A program made the position numbers and the translations under genes. This document shows, one piece after another, positions 45,219 through 55,660 of a stretch of 64,000 nt of DNA (position 1 is the first letter of the stretch; every line of letters begins with the position of its first letter). The stretch is taken from assembly GCA_963717525.1 (NCBI GenBank), contig OY970343.1, positions 1,376,001 to 1,440,000 of the forward strand. Direction: 5' to 3'. The DNA is from an uncultured Methanoregulaceae archaeon. Lineage in GTDB: Archaea; Halobacteriota; Methanomicrobia; Methanomicrobiales; Methanospirillaceae. The notes under the pieces are model-generated. The model did not search any database. It was not told where the DNA came from and saw only the letters and a list, made by a program, of their open reading frames with translations.

Positions 45219-45671
45219 ATGGATCGCACCTTTGTGATGGTCAAGCCGGACGGTGTCCAGCGCGGACTTGTCGGTGAGATCGTCACCCGGCTTGAGGCAA
45301 AAGGCCTCAAACTTGTGGCAGCCCGTTTCGAGGTACTGCCCGAGGCCCGGGTCACCGAACAGTACCGGGAACACCTTTCGAAAGCGTTCTTCCCGTCCCT
45401 GAAATCCTATATCATGGGAGGTCCCTGCTTCCTGATGGTCTGGGAAGGCAGGAATGTGGTCGCGATCGTCAGGAAGATCATCGGCGCCACAAACCCGCAG
45501 GAAGCGGGGCCCGGCACCATCCGGGGCGATTTCGGGATCGATATCGGCAGGAATGTGATCCACGCCTCCGATTCTCCCGAGAGTGCCGCACGGGAGATTG
45601 GCATCCATTTCAAACCCGCCGAACTATTCGCATATACCCGGATTGACGAATCCGTGCTATACGAATATTGA
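45219..45671 (+). CDS. ndk: Nucleoside diphosphate kinase
   Basis: [26 protein letters not shown]. Confidence 0.97.
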   Translation: MDRTFVMVKPDGVQRGLVGEIVTRLEAKGLKLVAARFEVLPEARVTEQYREHLSKAFFPSLKSYIMGGPCFLMVWEGRNVVAIVRKIIGATNPQEAGPGTIRGDFGIDIGRNVIHASDSPESAAREIGIHFKPAELFAYTRIDESVLYEY

Positions 45672-45721
45672 AATTCTTTTTTACCAGAACCTCTATTATC
45701 CATAAGGACTGTCTTTTCATT

Positions 45722-46372
45722 ATGACCGATGACCTGCTCAGTTTCTCCCTGCTGTGCTTATCCTCCATCATTATCATTGTTAACCCGCTGGGCGCGACAC
45801 TGACCTACATTGCCCTGACGGAGAACCTGGAAAAGCAGGTAAAGGAGCAGATCATCAGGGATGCCTGTACCATCGCGCTTGCGATCCTCATTCTTGTGGG
45901 CATTGCCGGGACGATCATCCTTCAAATCCTGGGGATTTCCCTTGAAGCGTTCCAGATCGCCGGCGGCATCCTGCTCTTTGGGATCGGTATGGAAATGGTC
46001 TATGCAAAGACCTCACGCACCAATCTTACGGCAACCGAGAAATATGAATCGCGGGAAAACGAAGATGTCGCAGTGATGCCGTTAGCCATCCCTATGATTG
46101 CCGGCCCCGGGGCGATCACCACAACCATCGTCTTCACAGACGATGTAATAGCGGGATCCATCGTTGAGCGGCTCGTGATCTTTGTATCGATCGGGATAGC
46201 GATCGCAATCACCTATTTTATGATGCGGAACGCTGAATATATCATACGCAAGATAGGCCAGCGGCAGTACCGGGTAATCAACCGGTTGCTGGGGATGCTG
46301 CTTATTGCTATCGCCGTGCAGTTCGTGATCACGGGGATAAAAATTGCGTTTCCGCTGACCGGAGCAACATAA
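45722..46372 (+). CDS. MarC family membrane protein
   Basis: NPLG, AFQIAGGILLF, PLAIPMIAGPGAI. Confidence 0.9.
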   Translation: MTDDLLSFSLLCLSSIIIIVNPLGATLTYIALTENLEKQVKEQIIRDACTIALAILILVGIAGTIILQILGISLEAFQIAGGILLFGIGMEMVYAKTSRTNLTATEKYESRENEDVAVMPLAIPMIAGPGAITTTIVFTDDVIAGSIVERLVIFVSIGIAIAITYFMMRNAEYIIRKIGQRQYRVINRLLGMLLIAIAVQFVITGIKIAFPLTGAT

Positions 46373-46563
46373 TGTCTGACTGGGATTTTGCAACCGTGGC
46401 CCTGATACTTGTCGGTTGCAGTATCATTGCGGCAGGGATTATCATAGCCGCCATGCTCCTTGGCTTTCTCCGTTCATCCTCCCAGTTCCTTTTGCTCACT
46501 ACAATTATTCTCATTGTAATGGGAGCTGCAGTGGTCCTGTATGTTGACCGGAGAAGCACCTGA
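46372..46563 (+). CDS. Small two-TM hypothetical protein
   Basis: Hydrophobic ORF filling the gap, coupled to marC. Confidence 0.5.
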   Translation: MSDWDFATVALILVGCSIIAAGIIIAAMLLGFLRSSSQFLLLTTIILIVMGAAVVLYVDRRST

Positions 46564-46583
46564 TCTTTTCTGGAGATGGCCCG

Positions 46584-47384
46584 ATGCGATGCTGCAGCGC
46601 CCAGGTAAGTGGCGTATGGGAATCTCCGGACCAGACGCTTGAAAAAGCAGAGGAGTGTTTTTCACGTGCTGCCCGATCCGGGGCAGCACTGATCTCGTTT
46701 CCCGAGCAGTTTACGACCGGCTGGGATCCCCGTTCTACAAAAAACACCGAAGATCTCACTGGCGAAATCGTGGCCGGGTTCAAAAAACTGGCTAAGAAGC
46801 ATGCGATCGCCGTCATCGGATCGTTCCGGGAGACATTCTCCCCAAAACCAAGGAACACTGCTATTGCGATCAGCCGCAACGGCGAGATCCTGGCCACGTA
46901 CGCAAAAATCCATCTCTTTACCCCCGGGAACGAGGATCAGGCTTTTACTCCGGGTAACGAGCTTGCGACATTTACTCTTGAGGGTGTGCATATGGGCCTT
47001 GCCATCTGTTACGATCTCCGTTTCCCGGAGATCTTCCGGTTGTACCGGCGCGAAGGGGTGCATGCGGTGATCGTCCCCGCGGCATGGCCACAGAGCCGGC
47101 TCCGGCACTGGGAACTCTTCATCCAGTCCCGGGCGGCGGAGAACCAGATGTATGTCGCAGGCGTGAATACGACCGGGACAAATCCTGTCGACCAGTATGC
47201 CGGGGTGTCCATGACCGCCGATCCGCACGGGACGATCATCGCACGGGCGGGCGCAGGAAACGAACTTTTGTTTTATGAGATCGATCCCCGGTTCGTGGAG
47301 CGGGTCCGCCGGGAGTTTCCTGTGGATAATGACCGCAGGGACGCATTGTACGGTTCTCTCATGGAAAAACGTCAGGAGAAGTAG
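46584..47384 (+). CDS. Carbon-nitrogen hydrolase (nitrilase family)
   Basis: FPE, YAKIHLF, ICYDLRFPE. Confidence 0.92.
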   Translation: MRCCSAQVSGVWESPDQTLEKAEECFSRAARSGAALISFPEQFTTGWDPRSTKNTEDLTGEIVAGFKKLAKKHAIAVIGSFRETFSPKPRNTAIAISRNGEILATYAKIHLFTPGNEDQAFTPGNELATFTLEGVHMGLAICYDLRFPEIFRLYRREGVHAVIVPAAWPQSRLRHWELFIQSRAAENQMYVAGVNTTGTNPVDQYAGVSMTADPHGTIIARAGAGNELLFYEIDPRFVERVRREFPVDNDRRDALYGSLMEKRQEK

Positions 47385-47434
47385 CCATCTCTTTAACGCT
47401 CGCCTATATGTACCCGGAAAACCAATAACTCACC

Positions 47435-48640
47435 ATGTACCATCTCGTATGCGTTCACTGCGGTGCCACGTATCCCGCTGACGAGATCCTCTACAACTGT
47501 AAAAAATGCGGCCACCTGCTGGCGGTGAAATACCCCCTCGATACTATCACCGTAAAGCGTACAACCTGGGACGCCCGCCCGCTCTCGGTCTGGCGCTACA
47601 AGGAACTCCTGCCGGTGCATATCAAGCCGGTGTCCCTGCACGAAGGGGGCACACCCCTCTACCACTTAAAACGTCTCGGAAAAGAGATGGGCCTCCCTCA
47701 TCTTTACGCCAAGCACGAAGGCATGAATCCTTCGGGTTCTTTCAAGGACCGCGGGATGACCGTGGGTGTCTCGATGGCGCTCCAGCTCAATAAAAAGAGT
47801 GTTGCCTGCGCAAGCACGGGAAATACCTCGGCCAGCCTCGCGGTATATGCCGCAAAGGCAGGGATTCCGGCTGTCGTGCTCCTCCCGGCAGGGCATGTCG
47901 CAGTCGGGAAGATTGCGCAGGCACTGATGCACGGTGCAAAGGTCATCTCCATCAGGGGCAACTTCGATCGTGCGCTCGAAATGGTTCACGACCTTTGCCT
48001 CACGCACGGCCTGTACCTCCTGAACTCTATTAATCCCTACCGACTGGAGGGCCAGAAAACGATCGGGTTTGAGGCGATCGACCAGCTGGGATGCGTGCCC
48101 GACCGCATCGTTCTCCCGGTAGGCAATGCAGGAAATATCTCTGCCGTGTACAAGGGGCTGCTGGAACTCGAAGCACTCGATTTTATCGACCAGCTGCCAA
48201 AGATGACGGGTATCCAAGCCGCCGGCTCAAGCCCGGTGGTCAGGGCAATCAAGGAGAACCTGCCCACGGTACTGACTGAAGAGCATCCCGAAACCATCGC
48301 ATCGGCCATACGGATCGGCGCCCCGGTGAACGCCGAGAAGGCCCTTGTCGCGATCCGGATGACCGGCGGGACTGCGGAGTCAGTGACCGACGAAGAGATC
48401 CTTGCAATGCAGCGCGATCTCGCACGCAAGGAAGGTATTGGCGTAGAGCCGGCATCTGCCGCTTCCGTTGCCGGCATCCGCAAGCTTTGCGAAATGGGTG
48501 CGATCGATCGCGATGAGAAGATCGTGTGTGTAGTGACCGGCCACCTCTTAAAAGACCCGGATACGGTGATCAGGCAATGCGAACCTCCTGTCGAGATCGA
48601 AGCGGACCTGCCCTCGCTGCTCTCTGCGCTGCACTTGTAA
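47435..48640 (+). CDS. thrC: Threonine synthase
   Basis: NPSGSFKDRG, CASTGNTS, PVGNAGN, VTGHLLKD. Confidence 0.95.
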   Translation: MYHLVCVHCGATYPADEILYNCKKCGHLLAVKYPLDTITVKRTTWDARPLSVWRYKELLPVHIKPVSLHEGGTPLYHLKRLGKEMGLPHLYAKHEGMNPSGSFKDRGMTVGVSMALQLNKKSVACASTGNTSASLAVYAAKAGIPAVVLLPAGHVAVGKIAQALMHGAKVISIRGNFDRALEMVHDLCLTHGLYLLNSINPYRLEGQKTIGFEAIDQLGCVPDRIVLPVGNAGNISAVYKGLLELEALDFIDQLPKMTGIQAAGSSPVVRAIKENLPTVLTEEHPETIASAIRIGAPVNAEKALVAIRMTGGTAESVTDEEILAMQRDLARKEGIGVEPASAASVAGIRKLCEMGAIDRDEKIVCVVTGHLLKDPDTVIRQCEPPVEIEADLPSLLSALHL

Positions 48641-49215
48641 TCGCATTGATCGCCCCCTCCGCATGGGCGCTCGATGCCACGTACCAGGTGCTGCCCAACG
48701 CTACCTCGTATGCCGCCCGGGTGGACATCGAAGATACGTCGAGCTACATGTTTGCCGACACCGACCTGCTGGGAGAGAATGTCCCGATCACCGTCACGAA
48801 TGTAAGCCTGATAGCAGAGAATGGCACAGCGGTGGATTTTAACTGGACAACCCAGTGGAGCGCGCCCTCGTCAATTACCTTCCCCCAAGGGAACTACACC
48901 GTTACCTATGTCGCCCCCCTGCATGACAACCAGTTCCAGGGTTCATTCCTCTCACCCTACAACGTGAGCGTGACCCTGCCCGGGGAGTACGATGTCCGTA
49001 ACCCACTTCTTGCCGGGCTCAGCCCGGGAGCAAACGTGACCCGGTTTTCGGATAATACCACACAGGTAACGTGGAACCAAACGCAGTCGTTCAATCTCCG
49101 GTTCTATGATCAGGCACGGGAAGATCTGCTGTACCTGTTCGCCGAGTTCATGATCATCCTCGCCGTCATCCTGTTAATGCCGTTTTTACTAATGCGAAAG
49201 CCGCCTGAAGGATAA
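48577..49215 (+). CDS. Membrane-anchored hypothetical protein
   Basis: Signal peptide, beta-rich body, C-terminal TM. Confidence 0.6.
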   Translation: MRTSCRDRSGPALAALCAALVIALIAPSAWALDATYQVLPNATSYAARVDIEDTSSYMFADTDLLGENVPITVTNVSLIAENGTAVDFNWTTQWSAPSSITFPQGNYTVTYVAPLHDNQFQGSFLSPYNVSVTLPGEYDVRNPLLAGLSPGANVTRFSDNTTQVTWNQTQSFNLRFYDQAREDLLYLFAEFMIILAVILLMPFLLMRKPPEG

Positions 49216-49343
49216 CGGGATCCTGATCACGGGGAGATTCAGATTTTTTGGTATTATCTCATGAGCCGGCCAATTCCAAAAGAGGGCTGGCTCCCTGAAC
49301 AAAACAGCAATGCTTATAGCAAGGTCTACCCAGCTCAGGTGAG

Positions 49344-49748
49344 ATGAAACGGGTTACCGCGATGGCAACCGGTAAAGTGCAGGGTGTAGGGTACCGGCAG
49401 TACGTGTCCGACTGCGCCCACCGGCTCGGGCTGCATGGCTCGGTGCAGAACATGCGTGACGGTTCGGTGTACATGATTGCGGAAGGGTCTCCTGCTGCAC
49501 TTGAAGATTTCATCCGGCAGGTTTGGGCCAGGGAAGAGTCTTTGATACATGTCGAGAACCTTCTGGTAACCGAGGGTGGCGCCACCGGGGAGTTCAAGGA
49601 GTTTCTGGGTGGAGTGGTAACTGCGGGCGCCTTTGAGATGCGTCATGATCCCCGACTAAAGCCAGACAAGAACCGAAAAAAGGAGAATAATTACTGCAGC
49701 CCGAATGACTTCAGGGTCACATCGTTATTGACTGCACCGACATGGTAA
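49344..49748 (+). CDS. acyP: Acylphosphatase (3' end uncertain, ORF runs into mch)
   Basis: TGKVQGVGYR, GSVQNMRDGSV. Confidence 0.75.
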   Translation: MKRVTAMATGKVQGVGYRQYVSDCAHRLGLHGSVQNMRDGSVYMIAEGSPAALEDFIRQVWAREESLIHVENLLVTEGGATGEFKEFLGGVVTAGAFEMRHDPRLKPDKNRKKENNYCSPNDFRVTSLLTAPTW

Positions 49749-50635
49749 ACGCTGCCATCAGAGAGCTCGTTGATGACAACCTCGGCCGGGGAGAAGAGCG
49801 ATGTATCGATCTTGTAGAAGTCATACCCTGCTTCCTTGAAGATGTCGTTGAAGGGCTTACCGTAGCCCTTGGACTTGCTGCTGGGGATCTTCTCGAGATA
49901 ATCCTTGATCTCCGGCGCATTCATCGTGAGCTGGATCTGGCCGTGGTAAATGGTCGCATCGTTGGTAACTCCCATCGCACGTTTGGCCCCCCTGACCGGC
50001 GGAATCGGGGCCGTTCCGATAGCTGCCGTAATCTTTCTCGTGTCAAACCCAAGCTCGTTTAATTTGTAGATCGCCGTCTCCACGCAGCGCCCCGAGACCT
50101 GGATCGAACCGACAATCGAGGAAGTCGGCGCAACCACGGCACAGGTATTTGCCACATCGATGTGGCATTCCTCGGCAATCTTCTCCATGACCTCGCCGTT
50201 TGGCAGGTGATCGGACTCGAGGCAGATCACCGCGCAGTCGTAGTCATCCTCGTAGTCAATCACTTCAAAGGTGTGCTTGGGCTTGAGGGAGAGCGCCCGG
50301 GCCGGGCCACTGCCCATCGCAAAGTAGTTCCCCACCTTGACCGTCCAGCCGGCCTTCTGGGCCCCGAGGCAGGCAATCGAAGGAAAATCGGTATTCACAT
50401 CGATGAATGGCTGGGGGAACTCCTTTATCTGCCCCATCCTGAAGTTGACCTCTCCAAGACCGCCCATACAGATCTCGGTAAATGCCCTCCCTGCCGCATA
50501 CCCTCCCCGGGTACTTACACCACAGTCGACGATGCGTGCGCCATTGTCGAGTTCATGGTATGCTGCGTTAAACTCCTCGGCCAGATCGGCGAGGTTGTCA
50601 AATATTTCAAGTGCCAGTTCGTTAACACTTAACAT
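49691..50635 (-). CDS. mch: Methenyltetrahydromethanopterin cyclohydrolase
   Basis: EICMGGLG, QKAGW, GSGPARAL, TNDATIY, FYKID..LFSPA. Confidence 0.96.
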   Translation of the reverse strand: MLSVNELALEIFDNLADLAEEFNAAYHELDNGARIVDCGVSTRGGYAAGRAFTEICMGGLGEVNFRMGQIKEFPQPFIDVNTDFPSIACLGAQKAGWTVKVGNYFAMGSGPARALSLKPKHTFEVIDYEDDYDCAVICLESDHLPNGEVMEKIAEECHIDVANTCAVVAPTSSIVGSIQVSGRCVETAIYKLNELGFDTRKITAAIGTAPIPPVRGAKRAMGVTNDATIYHGQIQLTMNAPEIKDYLEKIPSSKSKGYGKPFNDIFKEAGYDFYKIDTSLFSPAEVVINELSDGSVYHVGAVNNDVTLKSFGLQ

Positions 50636-50704
50636 AGAAAGACCCCTGTCTCATAAGAAGAGGGTTCACAAATAGATAAGATTTTTGAAAATATTCCGTC
50701 GGCC

Positions 50705-51829
50705 TTATAAAAGATATTCCAGCACCCTGGCCGGTTCGTAACGGAGCGTGATCACCCTGGTCCTGCCTTTCCCTCCCCGGTACTGGAGGTTGACCAGCCG
50801 CATCGCATCCATCTTTTTGACAATTTCATAGAAGCGGGTGTACCCGATGGGCACCTTCTCTTTGATGGTTTTGTAGACCTCGCCGGCGTTCATCTCTGCT
50901 CCCGTGGCGCTTATCGTGGCAAGTTCCCGGAGGATCCTGCTCTCTTCGTCCTTAAGCGTCTTCAGCGTATATTCGAGATGCAGGTACTTTGAGACCGCGT
51001 ATGCTCCGCAGATATCCTCGCGCCCGATGCTGCGCCGTGCGGCCCTTTCTGCGTTGAAGGCTGCCCGTTTGAGGAGATCGATACCCACCCGCAGGTCTCC
51101 GCTCTTCTGTGTCTGCTCCACGACGAGATCCAGCATCTCGTCGCTCAAAACCCCACTGAAAAAACCCTGCATCACGCGGGCCGTCATAATCTCCCTCACC
51201 TCGGCATTCCCATAGGGAGGAAAATAGATCTCGGTGGGGCGGAAGACCGAGGAGACCCGGGCATCCACCGCACGGGAGAGATCCACATCCGGGTCGCTGA
51301 TGATCACAATAACCCCGATGCGGACGCCGTCGTAGGATTCATGGGCCCGGAGCAGCGTGTACAGCACCTTGTTGAGTTCATTCTCGTAGAGAAGGTAATT
51401 GGCATCATCAAGTGCGACGAGCAATACACACTCCTCTTTCTGGAGGATGCGGGCGACCGCGTCAAAGACCTGCTTGAAGGAAGTTCCCGAAGAAGGCGGG
51501 AGATGGCCGGAGAGTTTCCGGTAGATCTGGGAGAGAATGGCAAACTTGGTATTGTCGATCTGGCAGTTGATATGGACCGGCACCAGTTTTTTTGTTGTCT
51601 CTTCGATCTCCTGAAAGAGTTTTTTGACACTGGTCGTTTTGCCGGAACCGGGCAGGCCTTTGCAGATCGTATTGAGGGGTCGTCCGCCCCGGAGCCCCGG
51701 CCGTATCTGGAACGCGAGTTCGCGCATCTGGGTGTCACGGAACTCAAACTGCTCGGGGACATAATCGATCTCGAATACATCGGGGTCGCGGAACAACGAC
51801 TCGTCCCACATCAGCAGGTTCTTTTTCAT
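50705..51829 (-). CDS. cdc6: ORC1/Cdc6-type replication protein
   Basis: DYVPE..FRD, GLPGSGKT, VALDD, FPPY, GDLRVGIDLL. Confidence 0.93.
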   Translation of the reverse strand: MKKNLLMWDESLFRDPDVFEIDYVPEQFEFRDTQMRELAFQIRPGLRGGRPLNTICKGLPGSGKTTSVKKLFQEIEETTKKLVPVHINCQIDNTKFAILSQIYRKLSGHLPPSSGTSFKQVFDAVARILQKEECVLLVALDDANYLLYENELNKVLYTLLRAHESYDGVRIGVIVIISDPDVDLSRAVDARVSSVFRPTEIYFPPYGNAEVREIMTARVMQGFFSGVLSDEMLDLVVEQTQKSGDLRVGIDLLKRAAFNAERAARRSIGREDICGAYAVSKYLHLEYTLKTLKDEESRILRELATISATGAEMNAGEVYKTIKEKVPIGYTRFYEIVKKMDAMRLVNLQYRGGKGRTRVITLRYEPARVLEYLL

Positions 51830-52155
51830 CGTTAGTACTCCATCTACGTTGCAAATAATAACAGCTCTGGTGACCGGTACCGGAGCGGACCGCGTAAAGA
51901 TCTGACCGGGGACCCCTTATCGCTCTGGAAGGATGAAAAAAAAAGAATATTTCGGAGGATAAAACGAAGATCTTCACTCAGGGCCTGGAGAAACGGACGG
52001 ATCTTGGTTTCTCCCTCTCGCAGGATATCCCCTCGATTATCAGGCTTGTCATTATCGAGAATAAAAAGCCGGGTCGGGTTCACAGGGTGAGCGGGGAAGC
52101 CTGAAGATCTGTTAAGATCTGACACCCCACAACGGTTAGCAAGCCGTATTCCTGA

Positions 52156-52353
52156 CTATCGATCCGTATAGGGCGTCAGTACGTTCAGGCGTGTCCCGCA
52201 GTGCCGGCAGGAGACCACCCTGGCATTGCGGAAATGATCCTGCGGCATCTTGTTGACAATTGTGCTCTCAGCGGCGCATGAGGGACAGGTGAACCGGATC
52301 ACGTATCCGGCTCTGGTGCCCTTGATCTCGGGATAGGATTTCTGGGCAGGCAT
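52156..52353 (-). CDS. Small zinc-ribbon hypothetical protein
   Basis: CPSC and CRHC pairs. Confidence 0.5.
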   Translation of the reverse strand: MPAQKSYPEIKGTRAGYVIRFTCPSCAAESTIVNKMPQDHFRNARVVSCRHCGTRLNVLTPYTDR

Positions 52354-52779
52354 TATCAGGATAATTGGTTTTGTTCTTTTGACCGGCCTCTCCTTTCTGC
52401 AGGAGATCCGGGCTGCGATCAAAAAAAGTCTTGCAGGGTACCTGGATGAGGACATTTCCCCGGCCAATTAAGGATGGCAAAACCGTTGATGAGATAGTAC
52501 TCTTGGTGCCATAGCAGATAGTAGTATGGAATTACTCCCTGAAGCACGATCGTGCAGCAAGATTCCCTATTCGAGGTGGCTCTGAGGAAAAGGGGATCTC
52601 CGTATGTCTTGCCCGTGGAACATTCCCGCGAGGATCCCCGTCAGGTAAGCCTGATGTTCCGCATTATCCCGAAAAGTACGGAGTGGGAAATTTCGCCGGA
52701 AAAATTTTCCGGAAAGGGTATACATTTTTTAACAATGCACAATTGTCATTCAATAAAAAACGGGACTTGGATCAGGGGG

Positions 52780-53049
52780 TCCCGGTGGGTTGGAGGAGAA
52801 GACGGCCACGGGATGTCAGCCGGAGAACAATCTCGCTGCTGGATTTCCCCCCATCAAGATAACGCTTGGAAAGAAGGACGCGGACCCGGACCGGATAGTG
52901 CTCTCGCTTCGGGCAGGATACAACGTGTGCACGACATGATTTATATGGCACCCTTGTTTATCAGCAACTGCCTGGAGGATATCAATTTGGATTGGGGTGG
53001 GCACAAATAGTTCGGGAGTTTCAAAGCTGATTTTTTCCATGGTTTCCAT
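52780..53049 (-). CDS. Small winged-helix-like hypothetical protein (possibly frameshifted near 52885)
   Basis: TPIQIDILQAV...SESTIRSG; alternative frame continues LSKRYL...LRLTSRG. Confidence 0.4.
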
Positions 53050-53306
53050 AAATTGTCCTGGTGATTTTTTTATTAAAAGCGCAGATGGTAGAGGATATTT
53101 GATCCGCCCCGGCGAATCACCATAATATTATAGGGCGTATGAGATGAAGTAACCATGCATGGCACGATCGATTTTTCCGCAGAGAACGTGAGCGCAGAGC
53201 GATGATCGGCATTGAGGAATTGCCGGAGATGGTGGAGCGCCTCATTTTCAGGAGAAACAAAATTTATCACTATGGCAATTTAACAATTAAAATTAAACCA
53301 TCTCCT

Positions 53307-53326
53307 GGCAGATGATGAAAGTTACC
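53307..53326 (+). repeat. attL core, 20 bp
   Basis: GGCAGATGATGAAAGTTACC, identical to 62126-62145. Confidence 0.92.
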
Positions 53327-53814
53327 GTATAATTTTAGTTGCAGATACTATGTATTTTAAGGCTTGATTTGAGCCCGAAATATTTACGAACTTTTCCTGT
53401 ATGACGGTGGAGATACTAAAACCGGCCTTTCTTTCACTTACCGCATACTTTTACCCATCGGCAGGGACTTTTGCCAAAAGAAGTGCCTTGGTGGGGCTTT
53501 ATTGACGGATAATTGCGGTTACAAAACGGCACGATCCCCGGGGGTTGTAATTGCTCCCCCAGGGAGTGTAAAAAATGCAGTAACGGTGGCGAAGCAGGGG
53601 TTCATCGCGGGAAGGTACCGGCCCGCTCGCCCCCGGTTACTGTTTGGCTGGCTTGCCGGTGCAAGGGAGATGGTTCCGGAAGTCTATCCGGTTCCGCATG
53701 ACTAAAACAAGACTCTTATAAACTTTAAGCACTTTAAGGGGAGGTTTTTCCCGTCAGTAAAAAACGGGTACCGCGGGCTCTGGCGTTCGTTACAGAACCA
53801 AGTCGTTCCCCTCA

Positions 53815-53864
53815 AAACATCCCACAACTAAAGTTCGTGGGCTTTCTGCCTGCTCTGATCGTAA
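53815..53864 (-). mobile_element. IS200/IS605-family end-like palindrome (remnant)
   Basis: TTAC-GATCAGAGCAGGCAGAAAGCCCACGAACTTTAGTTGTGGGATG hairpin resembles IS605/IS1341 ends; no tnpA/tnpB seen. Confidence 0.5.
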
Positions 53865-53996
53865 ACAGCCTGAACAGTCTGAACAACCGTTTTCAGATGT
53901 GGGCCCATTGAGAAAATAAGACTGGAAAGCCCGAAGGTCAATTAGGAAAGTTGAATAATATAACAGTATATATGAGGTGAATTAAGATGATGCCAT

Positions 53997-55157
53997 GTGA
54001 AGAAAATCGTTTTGGTTCTTCTATTATTGATAATTGGAATCGTTCAGATCGTTGGGGCATCCCCGGCCCCTGTTGTTGCGGATTTTACTTACACAACGGT
54101 ATGTGGATACACTTTTCAATTTAGTGATACATCCACCGGCAACCCAATCACATGGTATTGGAGTTTTATGGGGGGTAGCCAAGCTTCACCCGATCAAAAT
54201 CCTTACGTTTCCATAAATCAGGGTACGCAAACTGTAAGTTTAACAGTAGGTAATGGAACCCAGTATACGTCAACAATTAGTAAAACTGTCGTATCAACAC
54301 CCCCATCAGTTCCGACTGCAAGTTTTACTACAACTCCTTCATCCGGTACAGTACCCTTAACAGTCCAGTTTACAGATACATCATCGTCTCTTAATTGTCC
54401 CATAAACCGCTGGTCATGGTCTTTCGGCGATGGCTCGGGTAGTTCGATAAATCAAAAACCAACATATACATTCACTAAAACCTGTAATCCTAATACCGGT
54501 AATAGAACATTTCCTGTAACACTAATCGTTTATACGGGTGGTGGAACCCAAGCCACGACCACAAATAACGTCATAATAACTGCCCCTCCCGATCCAGTTT
54601 CTTCTTTTACTGCAAATCAGACCAGTGGGCCAGCTCCTTTAACAGTACAATTTACAGATACATCGAAGAATAATCCAACAACATGGGGCTGGAATTTTGG
54701 TGATGGGACTGGATCAAATTTACAGAATCCCCCCACACACGCCTATACCATTTCTGGCGTATATACCGTCACAATGCAGGCTTCGAGTTCCACTACATGT
54801 AATCCAACAAATCCTGCTACCTCAACAATTACTGTTCTCTCCCCACTTGCACCCGGAACAACAACCTCCCCGACACCCTCCCTTAATCAAACCGCGACGA
54901 TCACCACCTCAACGACTCTTCCACCGACAACGGTAACCGAACAAACAACCCTTCCATCTGTAACTATGGCTCAAACTGTAACCGCCACACCCTCGGGATT
55001 TTATTATACCCCAAAACCGACCGTCACGACAATGAAGGTATTCACGTCAATTCCAACCAGTACACCGACCCAAAAGTCTCCATTTGGAATAGAGTTTAGT
55101 ATTTTGGCGATTAGTGCCGCGATTCTAATAGTAAGGAGCCAATACCGGAAGCCATGA
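53997..55157 (+). CDS. PKD-domain cell-surface protein with C-terminal anchor
   Basis: Signal peptide, three PKD-like repeats (PLTVQFTDTS...WNFGDG), Thr-rich linker, TQKSP + TM + basic tail. Confidence 0.88.
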   Translation: MKKIVLVLLLLIIGIVQIVGASPAPVVADFTYTTVCGYTFQFSDTSTGNPITWYWSFMGGSQASPDQNPYVSINQGTQTVSLTVGNGTQYTSTISKTVVSTPPSVPTASFTTTPSSGTVPLTVQFTDTSSSLNCPINRWSWSFGDGSGSSINQKPTYTFTKTCNPNTGNRTFPVTLIVYTGGGTQATTTNNVIITAPPDPVSSFTANQTSGPAPLTVQFTDTSKNNPTTWGWNFGDGTGSNLQNPPTHAYTISGVYTVTMQASSSTTCNPTNPATSTITVLSPLAPGTTTSPTPSLNQTATITTSTTLPPTTVTEQTTLPSVTMAQTVTATPSGFYYTPKPTVTTMKVFTSIPTSTPTQKSPFGIEFSILAISAAILIVRSQYRKP

Positions 55158-55297
55158 GGATCGGGAAATGTCGTTCTTTTCGTTTTGCGGAAAATTTGCT
55201 GCCGGGATATCGGTTACGAACATGCTGCCGTAGAGCGACATAAATCACTCACATAAAAAAGGAAATTATTATAGTATACCCAAGAGAAGTATCACTT

Positions 55298-55660
55298 ATG
55301 TTTTGCCCGAATTGTGGTGCCGAGCTTCAATATGCAGACGCGGAAATCTGCCCCAAGTGCGGAATACGGATCAAGAGCCCCCCGGCGCCTGTCGGAATGA
55401 ATAAAGGTCCCCGTGTTGAGGGCGAAGAAATTAAAAGTACAGGGATCGCCGCAATTGCTTCTTTCATCATCCCGGGCCTCGGGCAAATTTATTGTGGTGC
55501 GATTGGTCGGGGAATCATGATTTTGATTGGCTTTATCATCGCATGTTTGATGATCCTTATTGTTATAGGGATTATAATTGCCCCGATCGTATGGGTCTGG
55601 AATATTTACGATGCGTACACAATGGCAAAAAAGATCAATGCCGGGGAGATCACAATTTAA
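55298..55660 (+). CDS. Zinc-ribbon plus TM2-domain membrane protein
   Basis: FCPNCG...CPKCG; SFIIPGLGQIYCG. Confidence 0.85.
   Translation: MFCPNCGAELQYADAEICPKCGIRIKSPPAPVGMNKGPRVEGEEIKSTGIAAIASFIIPGLGQIYCGAIGRGIMILIGFIIACLMILIVIGIIIAPIVWVWNIYDAYTMAKKINAGEITI

Noticed and set aside
51830..52800. Replication origin next to cdc6
   Set aside because: Only one weak ORB-like word (TTCCAGAGCGATAAGGGGT, minus strand) and no repeated ORBs around an AT-rich core.
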